Shown here piece by piece: positions 18,167-25,581 of a DNA stretch of 37,287 nt. A program made the position numbers and the translations under genes. Source of the DNA: Clostridia bacterium (GTDB taxonomy: Bacteria > Bacillota > Clostridia > Oscillospirales > CAG-272); NCBI GenBank assembly GCA_017411785.1, contig JAFQPL010000018.1:1-37287 (forward strand), read 5' to 3'. The notes beneath the pieces are model-generated. The model saw nothing but the letters and a program-made list of their open reading frames with translations, ran no database searches and was not told the DNA's origin. Each line of letters opens with the position of its first letter. Within the stretch, counting starts at the first letter, position 1.

Positions 18167-18763
18167 TTAAATCGCATCTTTATTCGACATAAAGATTTTT
18201 GAGAAAAGCGACAATGAAAAAATAAAAAGAGAAAGGGAGCTTGAGAGCCTTAAAAGAAGATAAACCGAAAGACTCCAGAGCGAAAAGATAAGTATAAACG
18301 ATAAAATATTTAGCGTTCTCCAAGCTATCTCGGGAGAATAAATATATGATAATGTACAAGAAAGCACGCGTCCGCCGTCAAAGTCCTTTATTGGCAAAAG
18401 GTTCAATGAGCCTAAAAACAGTGATGCGCTGAAAAAGAGGGAAATAAATCCGTTTCCGTTATGGATAAATGGGTATATAAGAATTGCTGATGAGAGATTT
18501 ACTGCAGGGCCCGCAAGGCAAAGTAATATTTCTTTTTTGTATGAAAAGCACGATGATTGCGGTGTAAGCGCTGCTCCGAATATACCCAGCTTAAGCTCGC
18601 CAAGAGGTATCTTACAGAGCTTTGCTGCGGTTATATGCCCAAGCTCGTGAAGCGCCGCGGCTATAAGGGCTGCGATCGATATGTAAGAATGAGTTAAAAA
18701 AAGGGCTATTATCATAAATATCCCTGATATGCTTAATTTTATTTTTAAGGCTTTATTTTGCAT
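18167..18763 (-). CDS. Site-2 protease (peptidase M50) family membrane protein, short form
   Basis: HELGH zinc motif in a TM helix and the second M50 motif NLLPIKDFDGG. About 198 aa with no PDZ or CBS domain. The track start (18784) is a TTG; the first ATG at 18763 is preferred. Confidence 0.75.
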   Translation of the reverse strand: MQNKALKIKLSISGIFMIIALFLTHSYISIAALIAAALHELGHITAAKLCKIPLGELKLGIFGAALTPQSSCFSYKKEILLCLAGPAVNLSSAILIYPFIHNGNGFISLFFSASLFLGSLNLLPIKDFDGGRVLSCTLSYIYSPEIAWRTLNILSFILIFSLWSLSVYLLLRLSSSLSLFIFSLSLFSKIFMSNKDAI

Positions 18764-18770
18764 AAAAATC

Positions 18771-18809
18771 CCCCCCGCAAGCAATATTAAATCTTATGCT
18801 GCGAGGGGG
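18771..18809 (-). terminator. GC-rich terminator-like hairpin directly upstream of the M50 start codon
   Basis: Minus strand reads CCCCCUCGCAG ... UUGCGGGGGGG, an approximately 11-bp stem including 2 G-U pairs. It is followed by AUUUUU and then the AUG at 18763. Confidence 0.45.
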
Positions 18810-18823
18810 ACGGATATTAAAAA

Positions 18824-19357
18824 TCAAAGATTCTTTACAAAAGCATGCGGAGCGCATGATTTAAGTATTGAAAGCGAGCGGTCGTCTGCTTCTATAAATA
18901 TAAGTATACGCGGCTCATCCTCTTCGCCCGTAACGCAAAGCCAGATGTTTTCTGCTTGCTCGCTTGATACTGCTATGATACGTTTTTCGGGCTCAAGGGC
19001 ATCTGCTCTTGCTATGTTTTCCTCGGTCGCGGGAGCAATAAGTATAAGTTCGGTCATATCAGCTTCATTTAACAGCTTGCGCGTTCGTTTTCCGTATATT
19101 TTCGATATCGAAAGCGTCGAGTGAAAAAAGCTGTATTCATATTCTAAAAAGAAATATTTAGCGGTCAGTAAAATTATCAGAGCGCAGGAAAGGAGCCCAC
19201 CTAAAAAGATAAGTATTGAGCGCGGCGGATTAAGTATTCCAGCGTATATCCAGATCGCAAGATAGAGCGCGTATGCCATGATAGCGCTTATACGCTTTGC
19301 GTACTGCTTTGAGTTTTTTACCTTTACTATTTTTTCGTATATTTGAGTGCTTGCCAT
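18824..19357 (-). CDS. Hypothetical membrane protein (two TM helices plus a soluble C-terminal domain)
   Basis: About 177 aa. The track start (19369) is a TTG inside the SD GGGAGG; the ATG at 19357 gives MASTQIYEK. TM helices are AIMAYALYLAIWIYAGIL and ILIFLGGLLSCALIILL. I recognise no family motif. Confidence 0.55.
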   Translation of the reverse strand: MASTQIYEKIVKVKNSKQYAKRISAIMAYALYLAIWIYAGILNPPRSILIFLGGLLSCALIILLTAKYFFLEYEYSFFHSTLSISKIYGKRTRKLLNEADMTELILIAPATEENIARADALEPEKRIIAVSSEQAENIWLCVTGEEDEPRILIFIEADDRSLSILKSCAPHAFVKNL

Positions 19358-19384
19358 GTGACCTCCCAAAAGCTTCTTAAGCTA

Positions 19385-19413
19385 ATTATATCACTAAATC
19401 GGCTCTTTATCAA
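19385..19413 (-). promoter_or_regulatory. SigmaA-type promoter for the 18824-19357 / M50 unit
   Basis: Minus strand reads TTGATA (19413-19408), a 17-nt spacer, then TATAAT (19390-19385), with a TGa extended -10. Confidence 0.5.
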
Positions 19414-19434
19414 GTGCTTTTAGATGAAAAGCTC

Positions 19435-19463
19435 TTGACATATTGGTGCGTATGGTGTATTAT
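19435..19463 (+). promoter_or_regulatory. Candidate sigmaA promoter for the DUF1836 gene
   Basis: TTGACA (19435-19440), a 17-nt spacer, then TATTAT (19458-19463). It lies inside the over-extended track ORF, which argues for the ATG at 19501. Confidence 0.45.
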
Positions 19464-19500
19464 GATATTAATATCGCGTAAAGAGGTGTTGAAAACCGGT

Positions 19501-20250
19501 ATGGATAGAAAAGAACTCAATATTATAGTTGCTGATGCGTTGAACGATGCTGAACTTGAGAGCAAGGATATTCCAACGATAGATCTTTATGTGGATCAGA
19601 TAATAAATCTTATATCCGAGCGGCTAAAGGATGGTTCTGAGCGCTATCATGACAGACAGCTTACCAAAACGATGATAAATAATTACTCCAAAGAGGGACT
19701 TATTACGCCTGTTAAGGGTAAAAAATACGACAAGGAGCAGATAGTGCAGATGCTCACTATCTATACTCTTAAAAGTACGCTTTCTATAAATGAGATCAAA
19801 AGGCTGTTACACGGGCTTTATTCGGTCGAGGGCTTTGACGGCGAAGAGCTTACGAGACTTTATGACAGGCATCTTGAAATAAGGCAGGTAAACAAAGCGC
19901 ATGTGATAGCGGCGCTTGACGGAATAGTTGAGGGGGCAGAGCTTGACATAGAAAATGATATTGACTATGCGAGTCTTGCTTGCGCGCTTGCCGCCTTAAG
20001 CTCGCAGCTTAAAAATATATCTCAGGCTATGATCGACGCAAAGTTCCCTGATTTTAAAGATGAGGATTCGCCTGATGTTGAGTTGGGCAGACGCGAACAA
20101 CGAATAGAGCGAAAGAAGGAGCGTATTACCGCAAAGGGAGAGGCGCGAGTGGCAAGAGCAGAAGCTCGTGTTGCAAAGGTTGAGGCTCGAACCGAGGTTA
20201 AGATGGCTCGAGTCAGCTCGCGTTCAAGAGCAAAAGAACAGGATGAATGA
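19501..20250 (+). CDS. DUF1836 domain-containing protein with a charged helical C-terminal tail
   Basis: The motif LTKTMINNYSKEGLITPVKGKKYDKEQIVQM is typical of DUF1836. The C-terminus carries reiterated EARVA(K/R) heptad-like units. Start re-called to M30 of the track ORF. Confidence 0.7.
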   Translation: MDRKELNIIVADALNDAELESKDIPTIDLYVDQIINLISERLKDGSERYHDRQLTKTMINNYSKEGLITPVKGKKYDKEQIVQMLTIYTLKSTLSINEIKRLLHGLYSVEGFDGEELTRLYDRHLEIRQVNKAHVIAALDGIVEGAELDIENDIDYASLACALAALSSQLKNISQAMIDAKFPDFKDEDSPDVELGRREQRIERKKERITAKGEARVARAEARVAKVEARTEVKMARVSSRSRAKEQDE

Positions 20251-20257
20251 TACCGAT

Positions 20258-20311
20258 AACCGCAAAAAGAAGACCGCTTAGCAAATCCGTCTTGATTTTT
20301 GCGGTTTTTTT
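20258..20311 (+). terminator. Rho-independent terminator
   Basis: 11-bp outer stem AACCGCAAAAA/TTTTTGCGGTT (20258-20268 / 20296-20306) plus an inner AAGAC/GTCTT stem, followed by a T-run to 20311. Confidence 0.6.
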
Positions 20312-20347
20312 GCGGTAAAATTAAATTGTTGAAGGAGGTACGGTATA

Positions 20348-20791
20348 ATGAAGTTTAAATTGTTGATAGATCCCTCGTCAGAGGAATCCGTTACAGTTGT
20401 AGCGCACAGGCGAAGCAGCCTTACGGATGAGCTTGAAAATACTGTGAGGCGCTACTCGGGTGAAAATGATATCTCAGCTTATGCAGACGGAGAAATGAGG
20501 TCTATTGCTTTTTCCGATATAGAGTGTGTAAGCGTTTCGGGCGGAAAGTGTGAGGTAATAGATAGGAGCGGAAGGGCTTATACGGTGCGAGCGAGGCTTT
20601 ACGAAATAGAGCAAAGGCTTCCTCGGTATTTTATAAGAATAAACAAGTCTGCTCTTGCAAACGAGAGGGCAATAGAACGGTTTAATACAGATTTCAGCGG
20701 CGGAGTTACTGTTAAATTCAAGTGCGGATACAGCGATTACGTATCACGCAGATGCTTTGCGGAGATTAAGCGGAGGTTTAAGGAAAAATGA
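20348..20791 (+). CDS. LytTR-family DNA-binding protein (no receiver domain)
   Basis: 147 aa with an AAGGAGG SD. The C-terminal half has a LytTR-like pattern (YFIRINKSALANERAIERF). Confidence 0.75.
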   Translation: MKFKLLIDPSSEESVTVVAHRRSSLTDELENTVRRYSGENDISAYADGEMRSIAFSDIECVSVSGGKCEVIDRSGRAYTVRARLYEIEQRLPRYFIRINKSALANERAIERFNTDFSGGVTVKFKCGYSDYVSRRCFAEIKRRFKEK

Positions 20792-21210
20792 AAAAATATA
20801 TAAAGGAATTTTGCAAACGCGGACTTGTTGCCTTTGGCTTTGGTCCAATTATTATGGCTGTAGTGTATTTCGCTCTTGAATGGGGCGGAGTCTATGATAC
20901 CTTTAGCTTTTCGGAGGTAGCAAAGCAGATTTTGCTCGTTTCGGCTATGGCGTTTTTTGCGGCGGGAATTACGGTGGTTTATCAAATAGAAAAATTACCG
21001 TTGCCTATTGCAATTTTGATTCAAGCAACAGTGCTTTACGTTGATTATATATCGGTCTATCTGATAAACGGTTGGTTAAAAAATGCGGTAATACCCATAG
21101 CGATATTCACGGGTATTTTTATTGTAAGCTTTGCGTTGATCTGGTTTATTGTGTACGCTGTAACAAAAAGGCATACTAAAAGATTGAATGAACGGTTAGA
21201 CCAAAGATAA
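20788..21210 (+). CDS. DUF3021-like small membrane protein
   Basis: 140 aa with 4 TM helices. ATGA overlap with the LytTR gene. The LytTR + DUF3021 gene pair is a recurrent Firmicute arrangement. Confidence 0.65.
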   Translation: MKKYIKEFCKRGLVAFGFGPIIMAVVYFALEWGGVYDTFSFSEVAKQILLVSAMAFFAAGITVVYQIEKLPLPIAILIQATVLYVDYISVYLINGWLKNAVIPIAIFTGIFIVSFALIWFIVYAVTKRHTKRLNERLDQR

Positions 21211-21220
21211 ATGAGTCTAT

Positions 21221-21817
21221 TTAATTTATAAGCTGCTCAAAGCTCTCAAGAAGCTTAAATCTTATTTTATATTTTGGATTGTCGGTTTCGGTAATGATCT
21301 GATATTGGCTATCGGTAATACCTACCGAAGTGAAGGCGTCCTTGTCTGTAGCGGCAGATAGGCATAGCGGAGGAAAGAGAACGCACCACCAATTCTCCCC
21401 CGATGCCTCGCCGATTTTTATTCGCAAGGATAGGTATTCTCCCGACGGGAAGGCGCAGGATTCATAATTCTTGGTAGGATATTTTTCTCTGCCAAGCTCA
21501 AGAGCTACCGAGTAGTCAAATCGGTTTTTTCTGACTGTTTCAAGGGCTATATTTTCAAGCAGGGCGGAATGCTCGGAAATTATTTTTTCGGCTTCCTCTC
21601 TGCTTTTTGCGTTTTTGAGAATTTTTTGCGTTTCCTCTAAAATTGCGTCCCTTACCAAAAGCTTAAGCTCTTGATCGGCATCTGAATCGGAGTTCGCAAT
21701 AACGTGCAGACGCAGTACCTCGTCGTAAATAAGACTCTCGCTATGAATAGGGAGGATACTGAGCAGTGCTATAAGCAAAAGCAGGGCAGAAAGCAAAATA
21801 AGTACCGATGTTTTCAT
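21221..21817 (-). CDS. spoIIR: Stage II sporulation protein R
   Basis: Signal/TM segment followed by LRLHVIANSDSDADQELKLLVRDAIL and ENWWCVLFPPLC, both characteristic of SpoIIR. Length 198 aa. Confidence 0.88.
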   Translation of the reverse strand: MKTSVLILLSALLLLIALLSILPIHSESLIYDEVLRLHVIANSDSDADQELKLLVRDAILEETQKILKNAKSREEAEKIISEHSALLENIALETVRKNRFDYSVALELGREKYPTKNYESCAFPSGEYLSLRIKIGEASGENWWCVLFPPLCLSAATDKDAFTSVGITDSQYQIITETDNPKYKIRFKLLESFEQLIN

Positions 21818-21824
21818 AATAAAA

Positions 21825-21868
21825 AGCTCCTTTTCGTTATTGTAATAATCATTTGACGAAAGGGAGCT
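21825..21868 (-). terminator. Terminator-like hairpin between the CPBP gene and spoIIR, containing the spoIIR SD
   Basis: Minus strand reads AGCUCCCUUUCG, a 20-nt loop, then CGAAAAGGAGCU (12-bp stem with 1 mismatch). It is followed by UUUUUAUU and then the AUG at 21817. Confidence 0.5.
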
Positions 21869-21885
21869 GTTTATTCATTTTTTTA

Positions 21886-22911
21886 TTATTTAACCAAATA
21901 TATGATTGAAGCTACAATGTAGAATATAACACAAAGTATTGTTGCCGGTTCAAGAATGACGTCGAGGAAGGATTTTCGTATTTCCTCAGGCGTTTTTGCG
22001 ACGGGCTTACGATAGTTTGAGGAAACTCCGTCGTATAGGTGCTTTTTGTAAAGCTTTGCCGCCTGTCTGCAAAAGAGAGCCGCGGAAAGCAAAAAGATAA
22101 AGGCAACTATGAATATAAAGAAGGTCTCGCTTCCCGTAATTCTGTAGAGAGTGTTCATATATCGCTGACCGAAAAGCCCGAATACGTTGTAAAGAAGATG
22201 CGTTATCATAGCCGCAAAAAGCGAACGGCTTGCGTAAAGCACGAGAGCCAGAATCACACCCGAAAAAAGATAGGTCAGAATGTTTACAAAATTGAAATGA
22301 AGCATCGCAAAGAAAAGTGCGGAAAAAACAACGGAACGCACTACGCCGCCTTTTTCATACTCGCGGCAGAGAATGCCTCTGAAGACGAACTCCTCGCAAA
22401 TAGCGGGGATCACAGCATATGCTATCAAAAGATAAATGTTTGACGGTACAGAACCGTCGCCTTTTGAAATAAAGGTGTCGTAAAGCGAGAAATTGTGGGA
22501 GAGTGACTCAAGTCCGCCAAATAAAACGCTTAGCAAAAGTCCGCCCGAAATCATAAGTAAAGCGCCGCTCAGCATAAGAAGATATGAGCTTGGTCGCGGT
22601 ATTCTCATTCTCAGGCCGCGGACGTATCCCTCGCCTCTGTATTTGCACCAGATAGCACCGGGGAGCAAAAATATCATAAGCTGAAGAATAACTACCGTGT
22701 AATATTCATTTTCCCTGTTGATAAGGGTAATATCTACGATCTTTGAAAAGAGAAGAAGTGCGTAGGTGGTAAAAACAAGAAGAGTGGGAGTAACTATTTT
22801 TATATGCCTTTTTCTTTTTTCAGAGCCGTCAACGGTATCCTCGGTAACCTGTCTTTTTTTGAATCTAAACCGAGTATCCTTTTCATCAGCGGGTTTAAAG
22901 CCGTGTTTCAT
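21886..22911 (-). CDS. CPBP (CAAX/Abi-type) intramembrane metalloprotease family protein
   Basis: Multi-TM protein with the motifs EEFVFRG, FFAMLHFN and HLLYN. It is the last gene of the hisS-led cluster. Confidence 0.8.
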   Translation of the reverse strand: MKHGFKPADEKDTRFRFKKRQVTEDTVDGSEKRKRHIKIVTPTLLVFTTYALLLFSKIVDITLINRENEYYTVVILQLMIFLLPGAIWCKYRGEGYVRGLRMRIPRPSSYLLMLSGALLMISGGLLLSVLFGGLESLSHNFSLYDTFISKGDGSVPSNIYLLIAYAVIPAICEEFVFRGILCREYEKGGVVRSVVFSALFFAMLHFNFVNILTYLFSGVILALVLYASRSLFAAMITHLLYNVFGLFGQRYMNTLYRITGSETFFIFIVAFIFLLSAALFCRQAAKLYKKHLYDGVSSNYRKPVAKTPEEIRKSFLDVILEPATILCVIFYIVASIIYLVK

Positions 22912-22918
22912 TTTACTA

Positions 22919-23491
22919 TTACACTTTCTGTATAATTTTATCGGTAACGACTGTATGGATTGTTATGTCGTTTTCGTCGAACGGTAGGGAGTCGGATAAA
23001 AGCTCAGAGAAGGTTATTCCTATAGAACAGCCTTTAAATTCACTTAAAAATCTGTCATAAAAGCCCTTGCCGTAGCCAAGGCGGTTGCCGTTGATATCAA
23101 AGGCTAATGCGGGGACTATGCAAAGAGATTTTTCTGTGGGAGCTGTGCGTGGCGCACAAGCGTCGGGCTCGGGTATACTGTAAGCGCCGAGCTTCAGATC
23201 ATCAAGCGAGCTTATAATGCGAAAGTCAAGGGAGTAGCTTTCTTTTATTGAGATCGGCATAGCTACGGGCTTTCCAAGCTCAAGCGCGAGCTTGACTAAC
23301 GGAAGAACGCTTGCCTCACTCTTTATAGGGTAGTAAGCAAGAAGAAGATCGCAATTCAAAAACTCCTTCATTGTTGCTATGCGAGCGCAGATTTTATTGC
23401 TTTTGTCTGCTCGCTCCTGCTCGGATATTGAAGCGCGTACAGCAGAAAAATGCGCTCGCGCCAAAGCCTTTGTGTTAAGATTATCTTGCAT
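22919..23491 (-). CDS. 5-formyltetrahydrofolate cyclo-ligase
   Basis: 190 aa with the motif VPALAFDINGNRLGYGKGFYDRFL, diagnostic of the MTHFS family. Confidence 0.87.
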   Translation of the reverse strand: MQDNLNTKALARAHFSAVRASISEQERADKSNKICARIATMKEFLNCDLLLAYYPIKSEASVLPLVKLALELGKPVAMPISIKESYSLDFRIISSLDDLKLGAYSIPEPDACAPRTAPTEKSLCIVPALAFDINGNRLGYGKGFYDRFLSEFKGCSIGITFSELLSDSLPFDENDITIHTVVTDKIIQKV

Positions 23492-23492
23492 A

Positions 23493-24035
23493 TTATTCAG
23501 CTATTATCGTTTTACGGAGAGCATCGCTCTTTTCTTTTCCGCAAAGCACTCGTACAATCTCAAGTCCAAGCTCGGTGGCTACACCCATTCCCTTGGCGGT
23601 GATGATTTTTCCGTCTGTAATGAGCTTTTTGTCAGCGGAAACAGCTGCTCCGTCGAGATAAGCCTCAAATCCCGGGTAACAAACGGCGTTCTTGCCGTTG
23701 AGGATACCGCGTTTGCCAAGTATCATAGGCGCGGCGCATATTGCGGCAATATAAGCATTTTGCTCGGTTGCCAAATCTATAGCTTTGTGAACGGCTTGGC
23801 TTGCATCGAGATTTTTTGTTCCCGGCATCCCGCCAGGAAGAAAGATAAGCTCGATATCGCCAAAGCAAAGCTCCGAATCGGAAATATCGGCGCAAACAGT
23901 AATTCCGTGAGCGCCGACTATCTCACGTTTTCCTATTCCAACAGTGGTAACGGTAAGTCCTGCGCGGCGCATTATATCAATCGGACAGAGTGCTTCGATC
24001 TCCTCAAAGCCGTCCGCAAGGAAGGCATATATCAT
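23493..24035 (-). CDS. DJ-1/PfpI (ThiJ) family protein
   Basis: 180 aa with the nucleophile-elbow motif IAAICAAP, plus FLPGGMPG. GGAG SD. Confidence 0.85.
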   Translation of the reverse strand: MIYAFLADGFEEIEALCPIDIMRRAGLTVTTVGIGKREIVGAHGITVCADISDSELCFGDIELIFLPGGMPGTKNLDASQAVHKAIDLATEQNAYIAAICAAPMILGKRGILNGKNAVCYPGFEAYLDGAAVSADKKLITDGKIITAKGMGVATELGLEIVRVLCGKEKSDALRKTIIAE

Positions 24036-24051
24036 AAATCAACTCCAAGAA

Positions 24052-25350
24052 TTATTTTAGTACAGAGGGAATATCCGAGATAGCAACTGCGATCTCTTCG
24101 CGACTGTTGAGATCCTTTATTTTCGCGATACCTGCTTCAAGCTCACTGCCGCCCATGATAAGAACGTGACTGTAGTGTCCTTTTACGGCGTAATCTATCT
24201 GCTTTCCGAATTTTTTTGATCCGAGATAGAGAGATGCGGGAATTCCTGCATTGCGTAACGAAGCAACTACGGAAATATAATTCTCGTAGGGTACGTCATC
24301 GAATCTTGCTACCAGAACGCGTACTTCTTTTGCGTAAAGGTCAGGAACAAGACCGTGAGTAACGAGAAAATTCTCGAGAGTGACATCACCCATTCCGTAG
24401 CCAACGCCCGAAATCTTTGCGTTTTTAGCAAACATTCCGACGAGATTGTCATATCTTCCGCCGCCGAACATTGCGCGGTTGTTTTCGGGGGACTCATCAA
24501 AGACCTCGAATACCGTTCCCGTATAATAGTCAAGACCGCGGATTATACCAAAGTCAAATACGCAATATTTGAGAAGGTCGGTCTTCTCAAGCATATCAAA
24601 GAGCGAGAGAAGCTCGTTTGCGCCTATTGAGTCGGGGCAGAGAGCGCACGCTGATTTTACGTCCATAGAGTAAAGGGCGTCGATCTTTTCTATCTGAGCA
24701 GAACTTATTCCAAGCTCTGCAAGCTCTTTTTCGTATGCCTCGCGGGATATCTTGTTGCGCTTGTCCACGATTTTAGAAACCTTTTTTGAATTATCGGCAT
24801 CGGTACCGCAGATAGCGCTTATAACGTCGTTAAAGAAGCGTCTGTTATTGATATGTACCTTGAACATCGTTTCATCGGCGTTAAAGGAGCGGAGAACAAG
24901 GATCGCGCTTTCGATAACGTCGAGATCCGCCTCATAGCCGTCGCAACCGAAAATGTCAACATTCAATTGCCAGAATTCACGAAGCCTGCCGCGTTGAGGA
25001 CGCTCGTAACGGTACATATTGGGAATTGAGAACCATTTCAGTGGGAAGTTAAGCTCGCCCATTTTAGCGGCAACCATTCTAGCGACTGAAGGTGTCATCT
25101 CGGGGCGTATCGCGAGAGTACGTCCGCCTCTGTCAACAAAATTATAGGTTTGCTCCTTTGCGATCTCCTCACCGCTTTTTGCAATGTATATGTCGAGGGA
25201 TTCGATCATAGGGGCGTTGTATTCTTCAAAGGAAGCAAGGCGTAATGCCTCACTTATGCGTCCGAAAAACCAATTCCGAAGCTGCATATCCTCGGGGTAA
25301 AAATCACGTGTTCCCTTATAGGGCTGAGTTGATAAAAGCTGTGCGCACAT
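24052..25350 (-). CDS. hisS: Histidine--tRNA ligase
   Basis: Motifs YKGTRDF, FRYERPQRGRLREFWQ (here MYRYERPQRGRLREFWQ) and GGGRYDNL. Class II motifs and an anticodon-binding C-terminal domain are present. Confidence 0.95.
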   Translation of the reverse strand: MCAQLLSTQPYKGTRDFYPEDMQLRNWFFGRISEALRLASFEEYNAPMIESLDIYIAKSGEEIAKEQTYNFVDRGGRTLAIRPEMTPSVARMVAAKMGELNFPLKWFSIPNMYRYERPQRGRLREFWQLNVDIFGCDGYEADLDVIESAILVLRSFNADETMFKVHINNRRFFNDVISAICGTDADNSKKVSKIVDKRNKISREAYEKELAELGISSAQIEKIDALYSMDVKSACALCPDSIGANELLSLFDMLEKTDLLKYCVFDFGIIRGLDYYTGTVFEVFDESPENNRAMFGGGRYDNLVGMFAKNAKISGVGYGMGDVTLENFLVTHGLVPDLYAKEVRVLVARFDDVPYENYISVVASLRNAGIPASLYLGSKKFGKQIDYAVKGHYSHVLIMGGSELEAGIAKIKDLNSREEIAVAISDIPSVLK

Positions 25351-25403
25351 ACAAAAAGCATCCTTTCGTAGCCAAAAGATAAAAATAGTATATATTTCTA
25401 TAT

Positions 25404-25432
25404 ATTATAACACATGAGGAATGCTTTGTCAA
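25404..25432 (-). promoter_or_regulatory. Consensus sigmaA promoter of the hisS operon
   Basis: Minus strand reads TTGACA (25432-25427), a 17-nt spacer, then TATAAT (25409-25404), with a TGt extended -10. This leaves only about a 45-50-nt leader. Confidence 0.65.
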
Positions 25433-25490
25433 TCGGTATAACCGTTAATTTTAAGATATAAAATATACAAATCTTTAATCTTGATATATA

Positions 25491-25518
25491 TTGACTTTGC
25501 CCGTTTTTGTGGTATAAT
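25491..25518 (+). promoter_or_regulatory. SigmaA promoter of the MATE/ABC unit (divergent from hisS)
   Basis: TTGACT (25491-25496), a 16-nt spacer, then TATAAT (25513-25518), preceded by TGg (extended -10). Confidence 0.6.
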
Positions 25519-25581
25519 TTATATTGGGATGGGATTTTATAACCGTCTCTTTGCGATTTTTGGAGGCTTCTGAATTTATCT

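Noticed and set aside
19414-19500. 29-codon N-terminal extension of the DUF1836 track ORF
   Set aside because: It contains the predicted promoter (TTGACA-17-TATTAT, 19435-19463) and encodes a Cys/Trp-rich, non-conserved-looking peptide. The ATG at 19501 is preferred, although its SD (GAGGTG, 12-nt spacing) is only moderate.
23379-24083. 234-aa plus-strand ORF opposite the DJ-1 and 5-formyl-THF cyclo-ligase genes
   Set aside because: It is a shadow frame of two well-supported minus-strand genes, with no SD and no family motifs.
25351-25581. Possible T-box leader upstream of hisS
   Set aside because: A consensus promoter at 25404-25432 leaves only about a 45-50-nt leader. I found no T-box consensus (GGTGGTACCGCG-like) or specifier/antiterminator architecture on the minus strand. 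The region is better explained as a pair of divergent promoters.
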